Source of the DNA: Oopsacas minuta
Lineage: Eukaryota; Animalia; Porifera
Assembly: GCA_024704765.1 (NCBI GenBank)
Contig: JAKMXF010000222.1
Location: 496,001-560,000, forward strand
Direction of reading: 5' to 3'
DNA length: 64,000 nucleotides
The position numbers and the translations under genes are program-made. The notes below the pieces were generated by a model. The model was not told the DNA's origin, did no database searches, and was given only the letters and a program-made list of their open reading frames with translations. Below are positions 15,001-27,000 of the stretch, in pieces (the stretch's first letter is position 1; every line of letters begins with the position of its first letter).

Positions 15001-18000
15001 GGTGTAGTCTAGAAAAGCGGGGGGAACGGCGCTCCCTCACTTTTTCGGTAATACAAAATATCTTTGTTCTAACAATTTTTGCTTAAAATATTCTTTTATA
15101 AGCGCTCCCTCACTATATTTCTGAGCACTGTATGACTGAATAGCTCACAAAGAAATTATCTAAACATAATTGATCTCTCCTATATTATTGAGTCCCGAGG
15201 TCGAGATGGAACTGGTGGGCTGTGTCGGTTCGAATTTTTTGCATTTATTCTGAATTAATATAATTCTTATCAATATCATTCTTTAGATACGGACTAACAT
15301 TATATGGATTGAGTACAGGCTCTATCGTTGTGAATGTCAGTTTAAATTCAATCTTTGGCACTGCTCAAGAGCTACGAACAGCTATAGATCAGAATGAGTT
15401 TATAGAAAGTATAGTCGGTGCTGGAATTCAAGACGGATATATGGGAATACATGACGTAATTGAGCAGTATAAATTCAGGGATGGAGTCATGAGGAGGATT
15501 TTGCTATTTACTAATGAGGTAAACAAAAATACAATATTGTAAATAGGGATAATTATATAATAATCATATCTACATAATTGTGTCCTTTCTGATTCAATAG
15601 GCAAGACAGACAACTACTTCCTCTTCTCAATACAACTATGAAGATACACTTCTATTACTACTGAAGAATAATATTTCTCTCAGTGTAGTATCAAATGGAG
15701 CTGAATACACAACTGAGCTATCACAAGAACGTCTAATTGGGATCATATACAACAACAGAATAGGATTTGGTCTTTATAACGAGACTGATTGCACCAATCC
15801 TCTAGAGCTTGTACAAGATGCTCAATACTCCGTAACTGATAGAGATGTCTATGTGAGTTATAATGAGTTAGGATGGAGTACTGGTGGAGCTGTGTTGGAC
15901 ATTAATTACTTCCAATCTTCTACTTACTGCCCAGAGTTACTATTGGAAGCTGTTACATTAGCTGTCTTTTTGGATGCTACATGTGAGGGTAAGTATTAGA
16001 TATTACTTATTAGGAAATGTAGATGCCAGTGTATCCAACCTATTATTCAAAGGCTACTGCAGTACACATATGCTATCGCCGAATACACATATATATTGTT
16101 AATAAACGCTTGGAAATACAAGTGAGATATGAGTTTGATGCAGTGGAACTTGCATAATCTGATACACGCTTTGACATGAAAATAGTTTCGGATTACAGTG
16201 CAACCTCGTTTTTCAGGACTTTGATTATCCGAATATGCCCCCTGGTCCCAGGTCCCATTCCACTATGTATACTTTTGACCAGTCCAAACGAGTTCTGTTA
16301 ATCGAGGTTGCACTGTATACAAATATAATTGTATTATCAGAAGCTATATCAGATCTGAAACATCTTCGGGTTATGGAGGCTTTCCGGATTGTACAGGTTC
16401 CACCGTATATATAATCTCATGCTATGTTGTTATATTGGCTATTGGTAAATTTAACGTAATTCAGTATGTGTAAATATGTAGGATTGTAGAAAATTAGAAA
16501 ATTCCATTTTGGAATTTTCCCTTAGATAATGAATTAATGATTAATGTCATCTTCATGTAGATTTCGTAATCAGTGTTAATTCCGTTCGTTTACATTTGAG
16601 TGGTCATATTAATATTTGAATTTCCATCGCAACTGCAACGCTCAGGAAAATATACCCTAGCCACATCAAGAACATGCTAGAGATCAGGAAACATCCTTAT
16701 GCGACAACTCAATTTTACCCTCTGGCTGCTGGTCTATACTTTATAGCAATAATTAAATCGGACGATCTGTTTCTGTTATTCTTTTCATTTCTTTACAAAT
16801 GGTTTTGTCTCTAGGACTTACATACACATATGAGAATAGAACAGATGATGGCAGTTATATCATATGGGATGACATCAATCCTCAATCTTTCTCCAACTGT
16901 GTAGATATGATATTCATAGTTGATAGAAGTGGTTCTATGGATAATTATTATCCCAGCATTATTAATCTCGCTTCTAATCTTCCAACCAATGGGGAATCAT
17001 GTGTAAACAGGTGATTGAGATAATGATCATGACTACTTATTCGTATTCTGAGATATCTTGCATAATTGCACAAATCTTGCGTATTATTTGAGTTTATAAA
17101 ACACTAAAAACAATCCAATTATGTCATAACTAATTAGTGATCAGTATTTCAGGGAACAATTAACAAATATTATCTCCTTACTCTCGTTAGCAATTGTTTT
17201 ACCACATCCCATTATTGGAGTTCGATCTCTGTCCCAGACTCCCAGTTGGAGCAACTCTATATTTCCCTGGTATTTATTAAAATTTGGATATGGCTTTTCT
17301 AACGAGCAACCTATGTTGCTATATACATATTTCATCTCAACCTATTTCAGTGACCTGAACATGGGCTTGCTGGTTTTTGTTCTACGTATATAGCATTTAA
17401 AATACAGATTATTTTACAATACATATCTCAATGTCTTTAAACTAGTCTTGTTATGTTATTGATTAGATACGGGCTGACTTTATTCGAAGGATATTCAACG
17501 GTTCAATACATTGGAGGAGGAAATACAAATCTATTCGGTACTCCTACAGAACTCGCAGCTGCTTTTTCATTTGTTCAATCAGGAAGGGATGAAGATGGTC
17601 TTCTGGCTATTAACGATGTTATTGATAATTACTCATTCAGAAGTGATGTACAGAAACATGTCGTGTTATTCACAGATGAGGTATATTCTTGTTTAGTGTT
17701 TGTTCATTTACCTAAACACATACATTGAAATTAGTTTGACGGTAATTGGTAAAAGTAGCGTAGGCTGTAATCGTTGAAATGTGGTAAAATCAGGATAGCT
17801 AATACTAGTCAACTACTATACCCTCTTGATACATTTATATAAAGACTACAGAAATCGGGACAATAATGGTTTTTGGCAAGTTTTGATGGGAAATTATCCT
17901 CAACACATATCCGAATAGGCTGGACGTCCCGCCAAAAGCAGGACAGTCGGCAACAGAGGAGTAGCTAGTATTTCCTATTTGAGGTAACCCCTAGGGTTCT

Positions 18001-21000
18001 AGCAACCCCATTAATACAGAAAAAGCATGCATCCCCAGTAATCCAGGGGGTTGAAACTGGGGTTGCTGACAGTAGCGGGAGTTTTCCCTACGCTGAGTCG
18101 ATTATACGCGGAAATATTTGTGTCTCGTTCCACCGTTTGCGATGTATTCCCTCTATTATTCTCGGTTTTTGCTCCGAGTTATGTCAGTTTGGTAGTATAT
18201 TCTGCAATTTTTATATTTTGTAAAGGCGAAAATGTATTTTTCTCGATATACAGCCCACTTACATTCGACATAATATCTAATTCAACATGTTTAGTTTTTT
18301 GTGGTATCCTAATCACGTGAAAACAGAAACTTCTCTTATTTAAATATACAAGTCTTACCCACTTATGCTCACACAAGTAATATTTATAACTCAGTGAATA
18401 CAATTAACCTTTTAAAAACTCATAATTATTTCTTAATTATACATTCCAATCATATTTAGTATCACTTATTGTTTGTCATTTTGTAATCTAGGAACGTAAC
18501 CCCCCACTATTCTCATTGAACTAACGTCTTGTAGTTCGCGATTTTTCCACTTGCTACAATTCTCAGTAACGTAACCCCCGCGAACCTGTATACTGCTACT
18601 TTAAATAATTCAATTAAAATAATAAGCTGTCAGCACAGATTGTGACTTTGATTTTTAGTCTCTATAGAAAATGGTAAAGTGCATAGGCGCCGAATTTGCG
18701 AGAGTTAAGGAGGTTTGACACTCCCTGATTTATTCGGGGGACCTTACCCCCTGTTTTTAGAGGATATGCCCCTCATATTCAGGGAGGATATACCTCATTA
18801 TACCCTAGTAGTCAGGTAGGGTATTCTTATACTAGTTAGGGAGCGCAGATACCTCTCTTAATCGTTAAAGTTATATCCCTAGGCGTTTGAGGGGGGTTAA
18901 AGCCATAGTATTAAAGGATATACAAATCCTAGTGAATCAGGTACACCCCTCCTTGACAAAAGGGATTTTCGGCGCCCATGGTAAAGTATACTTAGTCAAA
19001 CTCACACAACAACTAATATCCATGCGGAATTAAGTAAAGAATACAAAATTCCAAGATAATATGATATAGATATTGCACATAGCAAAAGTACTTTAGATGG
19101 TGCACTAATTTTCCTTCGGGGCTCAAATTCCTCTAGAGGGCTGAGCCCCTCCTGGCACCCCTGACTATGGGCTTGATAAGGAGTATTCATAGTAATTATT
19201 CTTTTGAGATCAAGTCTTTAAGTATATTTCTAGATTTTAACTATTTTTTAACTATATATTTATAAAACAACAAATAAATTTACATATGATTAATTCGAAT
19301 GTGCGAAAATCGGAATCAGCATGCTCGATTACCCCAATGTTATTATTTTCTTTTACGATATCGTCAACAGAAAGATATGCTATCCCCTGTATTATATACT
19401 CAGATCGTCTTCCCCTATTATTATAATATAGATTTGTTAAGGCGGAGATACTTATGTATATATCATGTTACACAGTTGTTCTGACATACAAATCAATATG
19501 AATAACTTCTATTATATCTATACGTAGTTACACTTTATTGTGAACCTTAACTAGCACTACCATAATGTCAAGGATAGAATTTCACAAATAAGCAAAATTA
19601 TTTCTTTAAAAGGAATAGGCTAACATACAATCTTCCATTCAAAAACTATTGATTTTAATGGGGGCAATATTGTCGTTTTTTCGTGGCATGTATACTCGTA
19701 ACACCCTAGAACCAATGACTCAAATGGATATTGACAGGTCTCTATTAGAGCCAATTTCTAAAGGTAACATCATTCATGTCGGCAATGAGAATGGAGAAAT
19801 TTCTGAGCAATTACCAGAAACAGAACAAACTGTAAAAGATGAAGATCAGAAGCTAATTACCATGTATGTGCATAATGCATTGGAGAAATTTCTACCTAGC
19901 TATGATATAGATCCTTTCAAAGACGAGGAAGGGAGGGAGTTGTACTGTTCACCATTTATCGCAGTTATGGAAGTTGTGAAGAATAATTGTATTAAGCTAT
20001 ATCCAGATCTGACAGGCAAATTTCTTACTTATAGTATACAACCCCCTAATTATGTGCTCCACGTGTGTATCAACAAAGCTAATTCGCAAATAGTTAAGTT
20101 CGCGTATGAATCGACTAACCGTACCAACGCTGGTTATGATTTATCTATAACCGCTCCCTTCCATACCAATAACTCAGCAGAAGGACAGCCAGTTCTTTGT
20201 GATGCCACATACATATCTTCTGTACTTACAGGACAAGATCCTATTAGCTCAATTCTTAACGCATTAAGTAAAATTCATTCTGATGGGAGTATAAATAATG
20301 GTTTTGATGGGAAAGATTTCGATTGGTATATGGACGGAAATAATCTACTGAATTTTGCAGTTTCAAATTCTCCTCAGATGAACTTATTTTGGGAAGATGA
20401 TAATCTTATTGAGAATTTGCAAGGATCAAATGTTAAACTAACTGGGAATAGTGCTAAACGAGTGCAATTAGCATTGAAAGAAGTTTAGACTAACTAACTA
20501 TTTTTAGTATAATTATCACTAATTTAGATGTGGTATGCTATTTTATAGGCTATGCTTTTAGTATTATCTCAGTCGGTTTAAGTGTAGTTTTTATTATTTT
20601 CTGTAATTCAGTAAATAGCTTTCTTTCTTTTAAACATTCCAAAACGAAATCTCTAGTATCATTTGGAATTACAGTAGAACGTTAGTTATCCAACATGATG
20701 GGACTGAGTGGGGTTCTGGTAACTGATATTACCAGATGTGACTAAGTAATTGACATTGTAAATATTATTGTTATAGATTTAGTCTAGATAATGTTTATAA
20801 ATGAATTGTTCAGATTATTTGAAGTGTTCGGATAACTGACGTTCTACTGTCAGTCAAAAAGGTGTAACAATATAATTAATCATATTTTTACAGATATTGA
20901 TCACATTTGTTTCCAATATAATACTTTGAATCAGCATACTCGATTATTCCACTGTAATTGTTTACTTTAACAATACCACCAACAGAAAGTTATGTTATTC

Positions 21001-24000
21001 CCTTAAATATATACATAGATTGTATTCCTCGATTATCATGATTATATTACGATAGGGTGGACCATAGGTCAATTGGTCATGGGTCATAAATCCTTGACCC
21101 ATGACCCATGCGGAAATTACGTGAATTTTTTGAATACCACTAACTCCTTTACCCCCTGGAACTTTCGAGTTGTCATTTCAGGAGGTGTCCAGTTATGCAG
21201 AATAGATCTAGCAACAATAAGCACCATATTTATCTGTCTCTGATAAGCTCCAACATTATCATCATCAAACTCAATCCACATCCTTACAATAACTCGCTAC
21301 TCATTGTCGCTTCTGGTGCCGAAATCAATCCTGCGCATTATACCAGTAGCACCATTTACCAATCCATCATCTGTATTGACATAATAATAACAATCATATA
21401 ACGTGCTTGTATCTTTATGATAACCGAGTTAGCTAGACCCTGAGTCTGTTTTAAGTTTCTCTTTGTACGGCTTTTAACAGCTGGAGAGTTATTTCCGGGA
21501 AAAGTGTCAGTTGGGCCTCAAAGATTCCACCCTCTGTTTGAAAGGAATTCAGCCTGACAGTATTATAATGATCAACTTATACATTCTTGGGAATAAGTGT
21601 AGAGCATTGTCAGGAATCAGGTCAGAGCCCAAATCTCCTGAGAGTAGTGACCGCTATATACAGGTTTAGCGCCAGTAAGGGACAAAAATTGTGGCCCCTA
21701 TAGAGAGGTTGATATAATGGGAAATCGGAGGGACTGTTTTTAGGTGGCCGTTAAGCAGGTTTGACTATATTATTAAAATAAATTAGCACATATTGCCTAA
21801 AGTTGGCGCCTTCTTCTGAAAATTTGTGAAAATTAAATTTGTATATCGATCATAATTAATTTGAATATACTCATATCAGGATTGATATATTTATATTCTG
21901 TGGTAATAACCGAATACTATCGGTCAGGGTTAACCGGCCGGTTGACTTATGACTTATGTTGGTAAACTTTAAGAATTTGAACATCGAAATTACTCTAATA
22001 AGCGCATTCCTTTAATATGTACTGTTGATCCAACCACCGGTCGACCGATCGGGTCGTAAAAAGCTGACTGGTTCCATCTAATACGTTCATAATATTTGGA
22101 AGGTTTAACATAATTTTGCAGCAACCTAATTGGTGAAGTATTGATCGCATCTCAAAATCTGTATATTACAGTGATAGAAATCGGCAATAATTTGTGCGGC
22201 GAACTCCGCACCTACCGTACCGACTCACACGACACTGAAATAACAGAACCCAACATATTATAATTTATAGTCGGAATGTCTAAATTGGAATCTATTACTT
22301 AATTACCCATCACTGAAAGTCGATATGAAATATCTAGCATCCTTTGGAATAATTAAGCAAATAGGTGTGAAAATATGATTAATCATGTAAATATAGATTT
22401 GAAATTGTAAAATTTGTAATCTATATCCCTGGTTATCCCTGATTAGAAGTTGAAATGAAATCTCTAGCAATTTTTGAAAATATGCACAAAAGATGTGAAA
22501 ATATGATTTATCATATGATAAATCTGTAAATTTGTGACTTTCAAACTCTGAAAATCCCAAAATCGGACTCTACGCACTCAATTACCCCATATTGAAACCT
22601 AAGCATGCATTTGAAGTTTACATGGAAAGGTGTGAAAATATGATTAATCACCAAAAAGGTGTGAATATTTAGTTGAGGAAAATTCATGCCCGGAGTGCAT
22701 ATCTTCAATCAAAAATCTATATGTATGCCAATTTTCATGTTAATCGGACTGCTAGATTTCGCACGGCCGCGCGGACGGACGGACGGAAGTCACACATTGT
22801 CCATGTCATTAGAGCATCTTCAGCTGCTCTAAAAGTTAATGATTATCTGTACCCGATGTCCAAATAACCTGAATTTGGTTACTTTAGCTAGAAGGTTGTA
22901 TCTAAGCCAAAACAGCTACTGCAGTACTTCTTTCTAAATACAACACATAAGACACAACTAACATTTATAATAATTAGTATTTGACATTATTATACAGAGA
23001 ATTACGATAATCTTCCATCACAGGCTTAATGTGTTCGTTTATTTTGCTCAACTTCTTTTTGTCTCCGAAATACTTCAACACAATAACGCCACAAATAAAT
23101 AGATAATTCAGATTTATTAATAGTTTGTAGAGGATTAGTGATGGCCTTAAAATATAACCAAATATTGATAAATATCCTAAACTAATGTAATACTCCCACT
23201 CTACGAGAATATTTGATGAATCCATGGCCATTGACATGAGTAAGTTCGCTGCAAAACCAAAAGTGAGGAAGAATAGGGCTGTAATAACCAGGACTGTAGC
23301 AATACTAAAGTGTAATCGAATGAATTTACTGTCAAGATAAGCTTTCTTATCAAAATAAAATAATTTTATTTCTTTCTCCCTGCTTTTGAGAAGGAGATAA
23401 AATTTCCTTGAATAGTATACGAGCTGTATAAAATCAAAAATGGAGATAAATGCGAAAGACAATTCTGTCAAACACACGAATTGTAAACGATACCCTTCTG
23501 CATCAGATAGCGTCATTCTAGGCGATCCATTATCGATGAGATAACTAGCGATTAATATATACAAATCTCTCAATACAATATATACTATCCACTTCATCAT
23601 AGTATACCTGTATTGGTTCTTCATATACACAAACCAAAGGAAATCCATCATGAAAGAGAGAACTGGTACTAAAGACAATCTTAATGTAGTAACAATTCCA
23701 AACATATAATGTCCAACGTTAAACAGAAACCCAAACGTTTCTACAGCTCTCAAATCAAAACTTAATATCCAGACCCAAAGTAAGGTCAGTGCAAATAACA
23801 TATTATCCGCGAATTCTATTATTAGAATTAGAATTATAAAATTTGTAATCACACATTTTATTCTGAGATTTTTAAGATAGTTCTGATATGATTGCAGGAG
23901 CAGAAATTCTCTAGGAACTCGTTTCACCTCCTGATACAGTTTATATCTTCTCCGTATATAGTAGATTAATAGAACTAGCGTAAGGAGACAAAATGGTAGA

Positions 24001-27000
24001 GGTACTACTGTAAGAATGAGGTCATCAATTAAACTAGCTTCTAGCGCTCTTGCACCCTCCATTAAAGTTCCAAGTAGTTGATAAATTTGTGTAATGAGAT
24101 TGTTATTAATATTTGTATTTTAATCTTTCTTATATTTGTGCGATATTTTAGCCCACACGAAACTGAATAGACCTTACGAATCTATTCTAATTAGCTCCAG
24201 CTGTTCTTAATGTTATCGTATTAAACTCTAGAGTTATCATTTCTGATATAATATTTAATGATTAAGTCATTTAAAAATTCACGCAGGATTTTTGCGGTCC
24301 GACTAATTCAATAGAAACTATCTGTAGGGAAATTGTATAGTATAACACAATTAAGCACATACGTATAATTTAAGGTAATGTATATTAATAAAGGGATTAT
24401 CCATCTGATATAACAATACATATTATATTAGAAATGATTACTCTATAGTAAAATATGGTAACTTTATGAACAGCTGATTTTGATAGATTCGTAATGGTAA
24501 TTTATCTATATGATTAACGCTTATACAAGTATCAACCATAAATGTATATTATTAAATCATGTTTAGGGTTTTTAATCCCGGGATCCCGAAGGTTATTGTT
24601 TCGGGACTAATTCCCGGGATTGTTTCTTCAATCCCGGGATATCTTCTTGATTGCATATTGACATGCTCTATGATCATTATGTACATTTGTGTAATTGCGT
24701 TGAAATGATTTAGGGATTTAATTGGTTTCGTATTGTTAATACTGAATGAAATATGTTTTCAATATGAATAAGACACCAAAATTAATAAATGCTTAACAAG
24801 TCAGAGAATTCAAGCAAACTTGTAAGGTACCACTCAACCATTCTAACTATTCAAATTTCAAATATAAGGTGAATCGTCAGAAAAGCCTCAATTTCATTCT
24901 AAATCGTAATTGTTGCATTATCGTTATATCGTACCTTGAATGGCTGGAAAAGTTATGTTTCAAGAGTTTGCAGGATCTAAAATTTGGAACCATTTTAAGC
25001 GCTCGGTATGTGGGAAATTAGCTGAGTGTAATTCCTGTAAAAAGGTACTTAAATGCGAAGGGGGATCAACAAAGGGGCTACACAATCATCTTAAATCACA
25101 GCACCAAATTGATTTATTGAAACGCTCAAATAATGAAGAAAGTGCTATCTCACATACATGTGCGGTTAGGAAATTAGATTATTACATGAACGACGCTAGC
25201 CTACCAGCTGTGTTAGCCAGGATGACAGCTTGCGATGGGCTTTCATTTAATATATTTACTACATCAATGGGCTTGAGAAAATCTCTTGCTGCACTAGGAC
25301 ATTCACTACCAAGATCGGTTGTCGGAATAAGAGATCAAGTGCTAAAATATGGTCAGCAATTACGCCAAGATATTACCAGAAATCTAAGCATTATTAAATC
25401 AAAAGGTCAATATTTCAGTCTTACCCTTGATGAATGGACATCCTTGCAAAACAAAAGATATCTCAATATTAATATACATGGCATTGGGTTCTTTTGGAAC
25501 TTAGGATTGGTAAGGATTAAGGGAAGATTTTCTTCAGAGGCTTGTTCCAAGATAATCTCACTTAAACTAAAGAATTTGGAATAGAATTCGAAACAGATGT
25601 CATTTCTATCACAACAGACGGGTGTTCAATGATGAAGAAGTTGGGGAAAATAATACCCACAAATCAGCAGTTATGCTACGCACATGGACTCCAGCTTGTA
25701 ATACAAGACGTTATCTATCAAAAACAACTTAGTGAAACTGAAGAAATTTATTCTAGTACAAGTGAAACCGATGAAGATGAAGATGAAGATGAAGATATGG
25801 AAATGTTTGATGATTTTAATGATGATGGATTCATTGTTTCGGAATCGATGGACCCTCAGAATGCTCTTGCACTAAATTTTGACATCTCCAAAATAGTAAC
25901 CAAAGTACGTAGAATTGTGAAAATATTCAAGCGATCACCTTTGAAGAATGAAACATTGCAAACGTATGTGAAAGAGATTTATCCAAATGGGCTGAATGTG
26001 GTTCTTGATTGTAAGACTCGATGGAGCTCACTTGTGAATATGCTCGAGAGGATAATTCAGATCAAATTACCAATACATAAAGCTCTGTTAGATTTTGGTG
26101 AACATATATGCCTCAGCGACCAAGAAATTGCGGCTATCTCTTCTATAGTTGAAGCTTTGAATTCAATTAAGATTGCTTTAGAAGCTTTATGTAGAAGAGA
26201 TACAAATTTAATTACAGCAGAAGCAACTATAAAATTTCTATTGGAAAATATTCAGAAATCTAACACACACATTATCATGCACAAATCCTGGAGGCGCTAA
26301 GCCAGCGGATGGTTCAAGAGAGGTACACTGAAGTTTCAGCGATACTTCAATACCTACATAATCCTTCGGCACGACTTGTAAAAAAGACTGTAGTAAACAC
26401 ATTTTGTGCTGATTTGTTATCAAGAACTCGAAGGAAAGGAATTGAAGATGAGGAACATGTGAGTGAAGAAGTATCAATGGTACCTTACTCACCTAATACG
26501 GCTGAAAGCATATCTGACCTAGATGATATCTCCCTCGCAAAAAGATTACAATTAGCGATAGACGCATCGATGAAAAAGCCAGAAGATATACAAGTTCAAC
26601 ATTCATTATTCAATATATTGAAATATGAACTTACTATTGGAGAACAGACAGGAAAACGAGGATATCATTTGGAAAAGGTATATCAAATGCTACTAACAAT
26701 ACCTGCAACCTCAGTTGAAGCGGAACGAGCATTTTCTTGTTCGGCATATTTATGTAACAAATTTAGAACAAGACTCAGTGATAGCACTTTGGATACGCTA
26801 GCACTCATAAGGGCCAACAAGAAAAAAAATTGATGATAGACTAAATAAACTTATTACTCATTCATATTCATCTTGTACCCCCTATGTACCCCTATATTAT
26901 ACTTTCATTCTACCAGAAAATCATATAATTAAACAAATTTAAAATTGCTAGAGAGATAATTATCATCATTTATCAAGGGATTCCCGGGATTTTAAATATG

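Noticed and set aside
24940-26833. Programmed ribosomal frameshifting in the hAT transposase
   Set aside because: Two shifts of different size in simple runs, no recognisable slippery heptamer with downstream structure; not known for hAT. Decay or assembly error is simpler.
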